Assembly: GCA_951406725.2 (NCBI GenBank)
Contig: OX597830.1
Location: forward strand, 42,284,001 to 42,348,000
Origin: Octopus vulgaris
Taxonomy: Eukaryota
Direction of reading: 5' to 3'
Length of the DNA: 64,000 nt
This document shows positions 42,450 through 53,427 of the stretch, one piece after another. The position numbers and the translations under genes are program-made. Numbering within the stretch: position 1 is the first letter of the stretch; the number at the start of each line of letters is the position of its first letter. The notes under the pieces were generated by a model. The model was not told the origin of the DNA. It made no database searches and saw nothing but the letters and a program-made list of their open reading frames with translations.

Positions 42450-42609
42450 ATTTGTGAAAGAGGAGAATAAACACCAAGGCATAACAAGCATCTCAGGTCA
42501 CATACATTGTTATTCTTAAAATATATGAGGCCAAATAATTTAAGAATAATAATGTATGTGACCTGAGATGCTTGTTATGCCTTGCTGTTTATAGTCCTCT
42601 TTCACAAAT
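42450..42609. repeat. Inverted repeat (about 71-bp arms, about 18-nt loop)
   Basis: 42450-42520 is the reverse complement of 42539-42609 with a few mismatches; TA-rich flanks. Confidence 0.9.
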
Positions 42610-42610
42610 G

Positions 42611-42654
<44 letters not shown>

Positions 42655-42660
42655 TATATA

Positions 42661-43725
42661 CATTACCCCTGATGGTGACAAAAGGCTTCTCGCTCAAAGT
42701 AAAAGGCAGACTGTATGATGCATGTGTACGTACAGCCATGCTACATGGTAGTGGAACTTGGGCTGTGACTGCTGAGGATTTGCGTAAGCTCGCAAGAAAT
42801 TAAGCTAGTATGCTCCGATGGATGTGTAATGTCAGTGTTCATAATCGACAGAGTGTAAGTACCTTGAGAGAAAAGTTGGACCTAAGAAGCATCAGTTGTT
42901 GTGTGCAAGAGAGACGTTTGCGCTGGTATGGTCATGTGACGAGAATGGCTGAAGATAGTTGTGTGCGAAAGTGCCACACCCTGGCAGTTGAGGGAACCTG
43001 TGGAAGAGGTAGACCCAGGAAAACCTGGGTCGAGGTGGTGAAGCACAACCTTCGAACTTTAGGTCTCACCAAGGAAATGACCAGAGACCGAGACCTATGG
43101 AAGTATGCTGTGCATGAGAAAACCCGGCAAGACCAGTGAGAACAGTGAAAATCAAAATCAAACCAAATCAATTCATATATCAGAAAGCAGAACCAAATTG
43201 AGGTCGATCAACATCAGTGGGAATTGCAGCTGTGGTTAAGCGAACCATCCGATCATGGTTGTTGCCGGCGCCGCCCCGTCTAGCCTCCGTGTCGGTGGCA
43301 CGTAAAAGCACTATCTGTTCGTGTCCGTTGCCAGCCTCGCCTGGCCCCCGTGCCGGTGACACGTAAAAGCACCATCCGTTCATGGCCGTTTGCCAGCTCT
43401 GTCTGGCCCCCGTGTCGGTGGCACGTAAAAGCACCATCCGTTCGTGTCCGTTGCCAGCCTCGCCTGGCCCCCGTGCCGGTGACACGTAAATCACCATCCA
43501 TTCATGGCCGATTGCCAGCTCTGTCTGGCACCTGTGCGGGTGGCACGTAAAAGCACCCACTACACTCATGGAGTGGTTGGCGTTAGGAAGGGCATCCAGC
43601 TGTAGAAACACTGCCAGATCTGACTGGGCCTGATGAAGCCTTCCAGCTTCACAGACCCCAGTTGAACCGTCCAACCCATGCTAGCATGGAAAACGGACGC
43701 TAAATGATGATGATGATGATGATGA

Positions 43726-43730
<5 letters not shown>
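42661..43730 (+). mobile_element. RTE-clade LINE, 5'-truncated (ORF C-terminus, 3' UTR, (GAT)n tail)
   Basis: KGRLYDACVRTAMLHGSGTW..RRLRWYGHV.RM..GRGRPRKTW..DRDLW; one in-frame stop; tail TAAATGATGATGAT. Confidence 0.92.
43287..43556 (+). repeat. GC-rich 61/62-bp minisatellite inside the RTE 3' UTR
   Basis: Units start at 43287, 43348, 43410, 43471 and about 43532, alternating two variants. Confidence 0.9.
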
Positions 43731-43768
<38 letters not shown>

Positions 43769-43810
43769 TATATATACATATACATACATATACATATGTG
43801 TGTGTGTGTA

Positions 43811-45102
43811 CACGGTGTGACGGATTGTCACCATTTTATATTTTTTATTTTACACATACACATTGTTTGTTTTTGATTTTGTTGACTATGCAGTATAGTA
43901 GGGTCAGCTGGGTACCGTCTGTGAGAAAAACAGCACCATGACACAATTCACTCTGCCAGAAATTTGGAAACGACATGCTGTACTGTTTGGCATTCACATC
44001 AGAAGCTCCAATACAGACATTTCAGAGTGTTTGTTTGTCAACTCAAGGACAGCACAGAGGATTCAGAAAGAGTTAGACAAGTCTAGTGGGGATTATGAAA
44101 GTACAGCAGCTCAGAAAACTCTTATTGTTCTGATAAGAAAAGAACTCCGGACTTTGTTGGTGAGATCCTGGCCATGATTGACAACGATCCCTCCTCGTCA
44201 ATCAGGTCCATTGTCAGGGACATGGGAGTGTCTGAGTTTTGTATCAGTCAGGTAGTACATGAAGACATTCAGTATTCCTCGTACAAGATGAGAAATGGCC
44301 AATTTTTATCCCAAGCCATCAAGAAGAAAGACCACACTACAAAACTTTTGAACAAACTCAAGCATTCCCTCCAACTGAACATGTTTTGGTTTTCCTCAGA
44401 CAAAAAAAAATTTTTGCCAGGATCAGATGGTGAAGACACAAAACAACCATTGGCTTGCTTTGTCCCCAAAGCATGTACTAAGATTGATACAAAACCAAAC
44501 ATCCAGTCAACATCATGGTGTTTGGAGTGATCACGAGTGATGGCGACATTATGCCTCCATTCATCTTCCCACACGGCCTCAGACTCAACACAGAGGCCTA
44601 CATCAAGTACCTGGAGGAGGCAGTGCTGCCCTGGGTGAAGAGGGTGGCTACTGAAAGACCCTGTGTCTGGCAACAGGACTCTGCACCATGCTACACAAGC
44701 AGGAGAATCCAGTCCTGGCTGTCAGACAATTTCTGCGACCACATCACCCCTAATATCTAGGCACCTAACTTCTCAGACTGCAACCCCCTTGACTATTATG
44801 TTTGGGGCATAGGTGAGTAAGAGACCAACAAAACTCCTTGCAACACCAAAGATGAACAGAAAGCAAGGATTATGCCAGCATTCACCAAATTAAACAAGGA
44901 GGCTGCCCAGAAGAGTTGCAGGAGATTCCGAAGTCGTCTGGAGACTGTGGTTGAAACCAATGGCGATTTCATTGAATAAATTTACTGTTTAGTATTTCAA
45001 GATATTTTTATGTAATTTTGGTAAATATATCTGTTAAAATGAGATGTCAGTGTTATTTTCGTTTTTGCGTAATTTAGATGACAGTTTATGCACCACACCC
45101 TG
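43811..45102 (+). mobile_element. DD37D (maT) Tc1/mariner-superfamily transposon, near full length, inactive
   Basis: TA|CAcGGTGTG..CACACCCTG|TA ends; WFSSDK, MVFGVI, QQDSAP-(37 aa)-CNPLDYYVW; stops and frameshifts. Confidence 0.88.
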
Positions 45103-45427
45103 TATGTATGTATGTATGTATGTATGTATGTATGTATGTATATATCTGTGTGTGTGTGCATGCATGTGTGTGGTGGGGCAATTCTTGAATTTTTTCTGAT
45201 AATTATAGTGATATCTGATCCCAAGCTGAAGGCAAGAGTTTTAATTAACTGATTAAGACACAGAATTCTTCTAAAAGTGAATATCTAATTGGTGTGCTAC
45301 TTAGTTGTTGATGTAAAGAATGTGTCAGGAATTTTGTAAGCTGCTTGGGTATTCCTTGTGTCTTATGGAAATGAGTTAAGTAGTTCTTTAATCTATGACA
45401 TAAAAGTACCATGTTGGTGAGGGTACT

Positions 45428-45473
<46 letters not shown>

Positions 45474-45502
45474 TATGTGTATGTTGATGGTGCGCTTATG
45501 TT

Positions 45503-45541
<39 letters not shown>

Positions 45542-45554
45542 GTGCATATACTCC

Positions 45555-45965
45555 ACTTTCACTTTCACTTTCTCATCTGCTCATTTTCTTGCTCTTCCAC
45601 TTTTGTTTCTTTCTCCTTCCCACATTTTCATTTTCTCTACTTCTCTCCCGGCTTAATCTCTTTCTCTGTTCCTTACTCTTTGATCCCACTTACTTTCACT
45701 GCAACTCAGATTGTGCCTTCACTTCTGGTCCTACTATTCCACTCCCCAACTTCCATTTACACTAAACCTACCATGGAAACAAACTTCTTAAATTTCCTAT
45801 AATTTCTTTTCCATTTTCCCTTTGCATCTCTTATTCCTTTCCTTCTCTTTGATAAAAGGTATAACCTGAAACATTAGATTCTCTTCCATTTCTTTCTTTG
45901 GCATATTTATTTTCATTGTATACATTCTTCCAGTGATGTTGCTTTGTTTCATATTTCTATGTTAT
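45555..45965 (+). mobile_element. Decayed Penelope-type 3' region with HHR-like remnant
   Basis: Pyrimidine-rich tract followed by tTGATaAA-AGGtataaCCT-GAAACaTTA (about 45849-45877); starts in (TA)n. Confidence 0.4.
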
Positions 45966-46247
45966 TATTATTATTTTTTATACTTTTTATTCAACTAACT
46001 TCATGTATTATTTATTTGTCCCATAATTTTAATAAATTTTTTACCTACGTACCTTTCTACCTACCTACCTACCTTCCTTCCTACATACCTACCTACCTAC
46101 CTACATACCTACCTACTTACCTACCTACCTACCTACCTACCTACCTACCTACCTACCTACCTACCTACCTACCTACCTACCTACCTACCTACCTACCTAC
46201 CTACCTACCTACCAACCTGCCTGCCTGCTTGCCTACCTGCCTGCCTG

Positions 46248-46295
<48 letters not shown>

Positions 46296-46299
46296 TTTT

Positions 46300-46491
46300 T
46301 TTTTTTATTCTTTTGTTTCAGTCATTTGACTGTGGCCAGGACTTATTGTTTGCAAGCCTAGTACTTTTTTTATTGGTCTCTTTTGCTGAACTGCTAAGTT
46401 ACAGGGACATAAATGCACCAACATCAGTTGTCAAGCAATGGTGGAGGAACAAACACAGACACACAAGCATATACACACACATACGTATATA

Positions 46492-46549
<58 letters not shown>

Positions 46550-48078
46550 GATTCTTTCAGTTTCTGTCTACCAAATCCACTCACAAGGCTTTGGTTGGCT
46601 TGTGGCTATAGTAAAAGACACTTGCCCAAGGTGCCACACAGTGGGACTGGACTCGGACCCGTGTAGTTGGTAAGCAAGCTACTTACCATACAGCCACCCC
46701 TGATATATATATACAATTTTAATTTTTTTTCTTTTACTTGTTTTAGTTACTGGACTGTGGCCAAGCCAGGGCACTGCCTAGAAGGGTTTTAGTCAAACAA
46801 ATTGATCCAGTACTTATTTTTACATCTAATGCTTATTCCATTGGTCACTTTTGCTAAGCTTCTAAGTTATGGGGGCATAAAAAATAAGAAAACAGTAGTT
46901 GCCAAACGTTAGTAGGCTGGAGGCGCAATGACATACTCATAGATAGGCACATACATTCACACACACACACACACATATATATGATATACTTCAACACAGT
47001 TTCCATCTACCAAAACCATCCATTGGGCATTGATCTTCCCTGAGTTATAGTAGAATACACTTGTCCAAGTTGCTATGTGGTGGGACTGAACCCAAAACCA
47101 CATGGTTGAAAAAGCAAGCTATTTAACCACATAGTCCTGTGTAGAATAAACGGAATACAAGGATTAAGAGATGGTTGGACAAGGTGCGAGGTTACAACAG
47201 AGAGACAGAAAAATTCAAACAGTATGGCACAAATGTAAATAGGTGCAGGAGTGGCTGTGTGGTAAGTAGCTTGCATATCAACCACATAGTTCTGGGTTCA
47301 GTCCCACTGCATGCCACCTTGAGCAAGTGTCTTCTACTATAGCCTTGGGCCGACCAAAGCCTTGTGAGTGGATTTGTAAGGCAGAAACTGAAAGAAGCCT
47401 GTCGTGTGTATATATATATATATATATATATGTACATATGTATGTATGTATGTATGTATGTATATATGTATGTAGGTATATGTTTGTGTGTCTGTGTTTG
47501 TCCCCATCACCATTGCTCGACAACTGATGCTGGTGTGTTTACAGTCCTGTCATTTAGTGGCTCGGCAAAGGAGGCCGATAGAATAAGTACTAGGCTTACA
47601 AAGAATAAGTCCTGGGGTTGATTTGCTCAACTAAAGGCAGTGCTCCAGCATGGCTGCAGTCAAATGACTGAAACCAATAAAAGAATACAAAAAATAGAAT
47701 TTAAAAACTGTGTAAGCATTATACCTTGGGCAAGTTTCTTATAATATAACCTTGGGCTGACCAAGGCCTTGGCAGTGGATTTAGTAGATGGAAACTGAAA
47801 GAAGGTGATCATATATATGTGTTTGTGTGTTTGTGTGTGTGTGTCTGTGTCTGTGTTCATCCTCCACCACTGCTGGACAACTGCTGTTGGTGTGTTTATG
47901 TCCCCATAACTTAGCAGTTCAGTAAAAGAGACCAATAGAATATGTATCAGGCTTTAAAAGAATAATAGGTACTGGGGTTAATAATGGGCACTGGAGTGTA
48001 TTAGTTTGACTAAAATTCTTCAAGGTGATGCCCCAGCATGGCCACAGTCTTATGACTGAAACAAAGATAAAAGATATA
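46300..48078. mobile_element. Four family B SINEs, two minus then two plus (head-to-head)
   Basis: 46300-46700(-), 46730-47135(-), 47241-47685(+), 47720-48078(+). Confidence 0.85.
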
Positions 48079-48427
48079 AGATAGTGAATTGTATGCCAAA
48101 AAAAAAAAAAAGAGGAAAGGAAAGAATTAGACTGACGTTTCCAGTGAATTCTTTATCAAAAAAGAGAAAGAAATAACCAGAACAAAAAAAAAGGAAAAAA
48201 AAAGAAGACGTAGTTACCTGCATTTTCTTTCAAAATCCAGATCACTCATTTAATTATCTTCTGACTTTTCTACAAAAAAGTTTCTTTTAAATTATTTTGT
48301 GGACAGAAAATCTAGAATATATTAATGGAAGTAATCCTATTCACTGAAATGTCTGCTGATAAAAATAAATATATGAATAAATAAAATCTCTTATTGATAT
48401 AAGTATACCATTTTTATTGGAATAATG

Positions 48428-48519
<92 letters not shown>

Positions 48520-49859
48520 GCACACTCACACACATGCACATATACAAATATATATAGATATCCACATACACACACACACACACAATTCTTCTATCGAAAT
48601 ACATATTCTATATTTTCTCATTGAAATAAATATCCAATATTCTCTCACAGGAATACATATAGGATATCTATATTTTATACTTCATTTTCTCATTGAAATA
48701 AATGCATATTCTCTCACTAAAATCATCATCGTTGTCATCGTCGTCATCATCAGTAACACCAGCAGCATTTCACATCTGCTTCTCCATGCTTCCATGAAAT
48801 GGATGGCTTTCTATGCGGTTCTTTGTCATCCCCATCATGAGATTTAGTTTCCTGAAATCAGCTTTTGCCATTTCTTTCCATGTCTCACCAAGTTTTCTTT
48901 GTCATTTTTTTTTCCACTGGGATCTCTTGGCACTTCTTTAACCAAACTAGCATTCTCTTATATTTTACTAGTTTCAGTCATTGGACTGCAGCCATGCTGG
49001 GGCACTACCTTGAAGGGTTTCAGTCAAACAAATTGTGCTTATTTTAAAGCCAGGTACTTATTCTGTTGGTCTCTCTTGTTGAATCACTAAGTTATGGGAA
49101 CTGAAACAAAACAATACCAGCTGCCAAATGGTGGTGGGGTATAAACACACCCCCCCCCACACACACACACATACCATATATATATGTGTGTGTGTGTATG
49201 TACTCTCCTTTTGCAATCTCCTGAACTCACCTGCAAGCTTACCCTCTCCAATCCCCAGTCCACTTCACTACATACACCACCTGTAACTTAGGTGTGCAGC
49301 ACCTGCCCCTCCCTGTCACATCTTCAGCATTTTCCTCTCCCCCCTCTCTCCAACCTACATGTTTCTCTTCTTATGCAAGACATCCTTTCTGTCCCTCATC
49401 ACTAATCCATCCCTCAGTTAAAGAGTCTTGTTCCACAAGTTACTTACTGACCTCATTCCTGTTGGTGCCACATAAAAAACACCCAGCACACTCTGTAATG
49501 TGGTTGGTGTTAGGAAGGGCATCCAGCCATAGAAACCATGCCAAAGAAGACAGCAGAACTTGATCCAGTCTTCTGACTTGCCAATCCTGTGAAACAATCT
49601 TACCTGTGCTAGTATGGAAAACAGAAGTTAAATAATGATGATGTTGTTGGAGAACAATAAAAGAAACATAATATAGAAATTCATAGCATAGTGCTCAGAT
49701 ATATGGAGAACTTAAATTCTAATTCCTTCATCCAGAGTCGGTGCCTCTAGTGTAGAAAGTTAGCTATAGGAATAATCATCGTTGAGTGGGTATGGACGTG
49801 AAAAGACAGATGAAGAAAAGCAGGCTTGACAAGTATATTTATACTCTTTCTCTTTGTTT

Positions 49860-50215
49860 TTTTTTTTTACTCTTTTACTTGTTTCAGTTACTATTCTTTG
49901 TAAGCCTAGTACTTATTTTATCGGTCTCTTTTGCCGAACTGCTATGTTACAGTAACGTAAACACATCAGCATAGGTTGACAAGCGATGTTGGGGGTAGGG
50001 ACACAAACATACACACACATGCATATATATATATATACATATAAATATATACGACAGGCTTCTTTCAGTTTCCATTCACCAAATCTACTCACAAGGCTTT
50101 GGTCAGCCCGAGGCTATAGTAGAAGTCACTTGCCCAAGGTGGCACGCAGTAGGACTGTACCCGGAACCATGTGGTTGGTAAGCAAGCTACTTACCATACA
50201 GCCACTCCTACACCT
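49860..50215 (-). mobile_element. SINE family B with internal deletion
   Basis: Reverse-complement match, lacking part of the 3' body. Confidence 0.8.
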
Positions 50216-50706
50216 ATATGCAATACAAATTCAAGAGTATAAAATAAATAATACAAAATAAACACAAGGAGTTATGTAATAGTCTTATCTTGACAGCTGT
50301 TTCAGGTGAACCTTTGGTTTATGTCGCAACCATGTTCATTAATTAATTAAATTCTATAATGCTGTAAGTACGCAGAATAATGCAGGTTCCTGTGGATCTA
50401 TTGGGCAAGGCCAAGTCATATTTGTTAGAAGAATATGACAGGTATTATGGCTGGTGTAATTCATTAGTATTGTTTTAAATTAATCATGCATTATTTTGTG
50501 TATATATGTCTACGTGTGTGTGTGTGTGTGTGTGTGTGTGTTGTGCATGTGAATGTGTCTTGTGTCTGTGTTGGTCCCTCACCACTGCTTGACAACTGGT
50601 GTTGTTGTGTTTACATACCTGTAACTTAGTGGTTCAGCAAAAGAGACCGATAGAATAAGTACCTATCTTAAAAAAACAAAAAAACTGGGGTTGATCATGC
50701 CAACTT

Positions 50707-51995
50707 TTTGGTTGGCAACTAAGTTCCTGCCATTTTTGTTAAATTTTGGAATTTATTGTGTTTTTAAATTTTGGAATCTATTTTTTTTGAGAATACTGTT
50801 TTTAAATCATTTTGGAATCTATTTTGTTTTTTCTAGTTAATTTTAGTTAATTTTTGTTTATTTTTTAGATCATTAAAATGGAATGTCAAATTAAGAAAAA
50901 CAAGCATTTTTGACACCTCTTCTTTTTGCTTTTAATCAAGTTTCTAAGGCCACAAAAGCTGCTCACAAAATTTGTGCTGTGCATGGAGAGAGTGCCATAG
51001 CTGAAAGAACTGTCCGTGATTGGTATGCCAAGTTCAAAAATGGAAATTTTGACCGCAAAGATGCACCTCATTCTGGCTGTCCAGTTGAGTTCGATGAAGA
51101 GCAATTAAACCAGCTTTTGCATGAAAATTCTCGTCAAACAACAAAGGAACTGGCAGAGAAAATAGAATGCTCCTACACTGCTATAGAGCAGCATCTTCAC
51201 TCGATGGGAAAGGTTCAGAGGTATGGAGCATGAATTCCGCATGCTTTAAGTGACAACAAAAATCAATGAGCTGCAATCTCTGCTGGTTTGCTTGCTCGTC
51301 ACCGCTCAACTCATGGACACAAGCAATGGTTTCTTTACCAAATTGTTACTGGCAACAAAAAAATGGTGCCTGTACATCAATATGAAGCAGTGTAAGGAAT
51401 GGTTTAGCCCTGGTAAACAAGCAACACTGCATGTGAAAGAAGATTTTCTTCCACATAAAGCGATGTTGAGTGTATGGTGGGACTGGGAAGGGATTATCCA
51501 TTACGAATTGCTTGAACGGAACCAAATTGTCAACACGGAACTCTATGTTCAACAGATAGAACAACTCAACACAGCTATTCAAGAGAAAAGACCTAATCGT
51601 CAGCATGGAGTTCTTCTGCTGCACAACAACACCTGCCCTCATATTGCATATGACCAAGGAAGCCATTCAAATGCATAGCCGGGAAGTGCTGCCACACCTG
51701 CCGTACTCTCCTGATTTGGCACCCATGGATTTCCACCTCTTTCAATCTCTTTCAAATGCTATGCGCAGAGTTTCGATCAATACTAATGCAAAATTGAGAG
51801 CTTGGTTGGATCAATTTTTCAAGTCGAAATCGAGTGATTTCTACCAACAAGGTATTGAAAATCTTGTTGAACGTTGGGAAGATGTTGTAAACAACAAGGG
51901 TGAATACATTATTGATTAATTAGTTGTTATTTTTCATTAAACCTTTTAAAAAATTTAAATTTAAAAAAACGGCAGTATCTTTGTTGCCAACCTAA
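50707..51995 (+). mobile_element. Mariner (DD34D) transposon, ~1.29 kb, inactive
   Basis: TIRs TTtGGTTGGCAAC.. / ..GTTGCCAACCTAA|TA. Transposase 50878-51919 has HTH region (WYAKFKNGNF), *IPHAL, WWDWEGIIHYELL, YSPDLAPMDFHLF, with stops and frameshifts. Splits a family B SINE (50550-50700 / 52000-52055). Confidence 0.93.
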
Positions 51996-52059
51996 TAAAA
52001 ATACTTCAAGGCAGTATCCAGTGTGGCTGCCATCCAATGACTGATGCAAGTAAAAAAAT

Positions 52060-52094
<35 letters not shown>

Positions 52095-52140
52095 GACAGA
52101 ATAAGATAATAAATCCAAGGCCATGAGGAGTTTTCATGAC

Positions 52141-52190
52141 ATTTACGGCTATTTCAGGGATATTATGGATAATCCTTCATCAGAGACTGT
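52141..52190 (-). ncRNA. Hammerhead-like motif
   Basis: Minus strand CTGATGA-A-GGAT(tatccataat)ATCC-ct-GAAAt-AGCc-GTA. Confidence 0.5.
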
Positions 52191-52302
52191 GTTTTAATAT
52201 TTTACTTAGGCTTTGTGAGACTATTAACCTGGTGTAGAAGTCAATATACAGATACTTCAGAATGAAGCATTACTCGAATACAGAGTGGTAATAAGAAAAA
52301 AA

Positions 52303-52660
52303 GAAGACAAAGGAATAAATGATTATCTAATGAATTTAATTTGCTTACAGCTGTTTCTGTGATAAGATGCAGTGGCCTCATAGTTGAGTACCTGAATAAC
52401 ACCTTATAGCTTCATCAGAGCCTCAAATGTGTAACGCAATTTATTCATGAAAAGAATTACAATTATGTAATTATTTCAACAAATATAATTCTTTAATACA
52501 TGTAATATTTTTATCAAAAACAATTGCACTTCATTTTCGAGTGTCTGGTGAAGCTATAATGTGTTATTCAGGTACTCAACTATGAGGCCACTGCAACTTG
52601 TAGCAGAAACAACTGCAAGCTAATGAATTTCATAAAATAACCATTTATTCCTTTGTATCT
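52303..52660. mobile_element. Inverted pair of HHR-bearing short repeats (Penelope pLTR-like)
   Basis: Left arm (minus) gct-CTGATGA-A-GCTATAAGGTGT..GCATCTTAT..A-GAAAC-AGCT-GTA-agc at 52343-52421. Right arm (plus) is a mutated copy at 52541-52620. The arms are reverse complements. Confidence 0.75.
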
Positions 52661-52718
52661 TATTTATATATATATAAATATCTATACACACAACATGTAC
52701 ATGCGCACACACGTGCAT

Positions 52719-52763
<45 letters not shown>

Positions 52764-53427
52764 CATACACATACACACATTCATTTCTCTCAGCATGCTT
52801 TCAGCTGTTCTCCACTAAGTGTTCTTTGGATGTCCAGGCTTTCATCTTCTAGATATTCTCCATCTTAATGCTTTCTTTAGCACCTTAGTATTCCCTCCTG
52901 GTCAGTTTTGAGAGTGTGGCTTGGCTATCAGAGTCCTTGGCATTGTATTTCAAAGATCCTATTATTGCAACCCCCACTCACCACTCCATAGCAAAGTATT
53001 AATATTTTGGAAACCTCTACAGTGATGGAAATCGATTGATTTTTATCTATATCAAAGACAATACTTTGTACCAATGTATGAAATCAATAGCAAACAAAAA
53101 AAAAAATAGAAAACAAGTATAAACTAGTGTCGCATTGCTAAATATATATGTTTGCATATATGAGAATGTGTATGTGTGTGTGCGTGTGTGTGCGTGTGTG
53201 CGTGTGTGTGTGTGTGCGTGTGTGCACGCGCGTGTGTTTTGCCTATGTGTATCATTGAAAATTGTATACATCTTTCAGAAAAACTAAAACAAACAATTAA
53301 ATACCCTGCAGTATATTTGTTCTGCCCGAATGACACAGATACTTCCTTGTCAGTGGAAATCTATCACTAACGACGACATTGATTACGGAAAAAACAATAG
53401 CAAATATATATAAAGAAAATAAAGTAT

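Noticed and set aside
43180-43674. 164-aa repetitive ORF and CRISPR-like appearance of the 61-bp repeats
   Set aside because: Antisense reading of an RTE 3'-UTR minisatellite; there are no unique spacers, no cas genes, and the context is eukaryotic.
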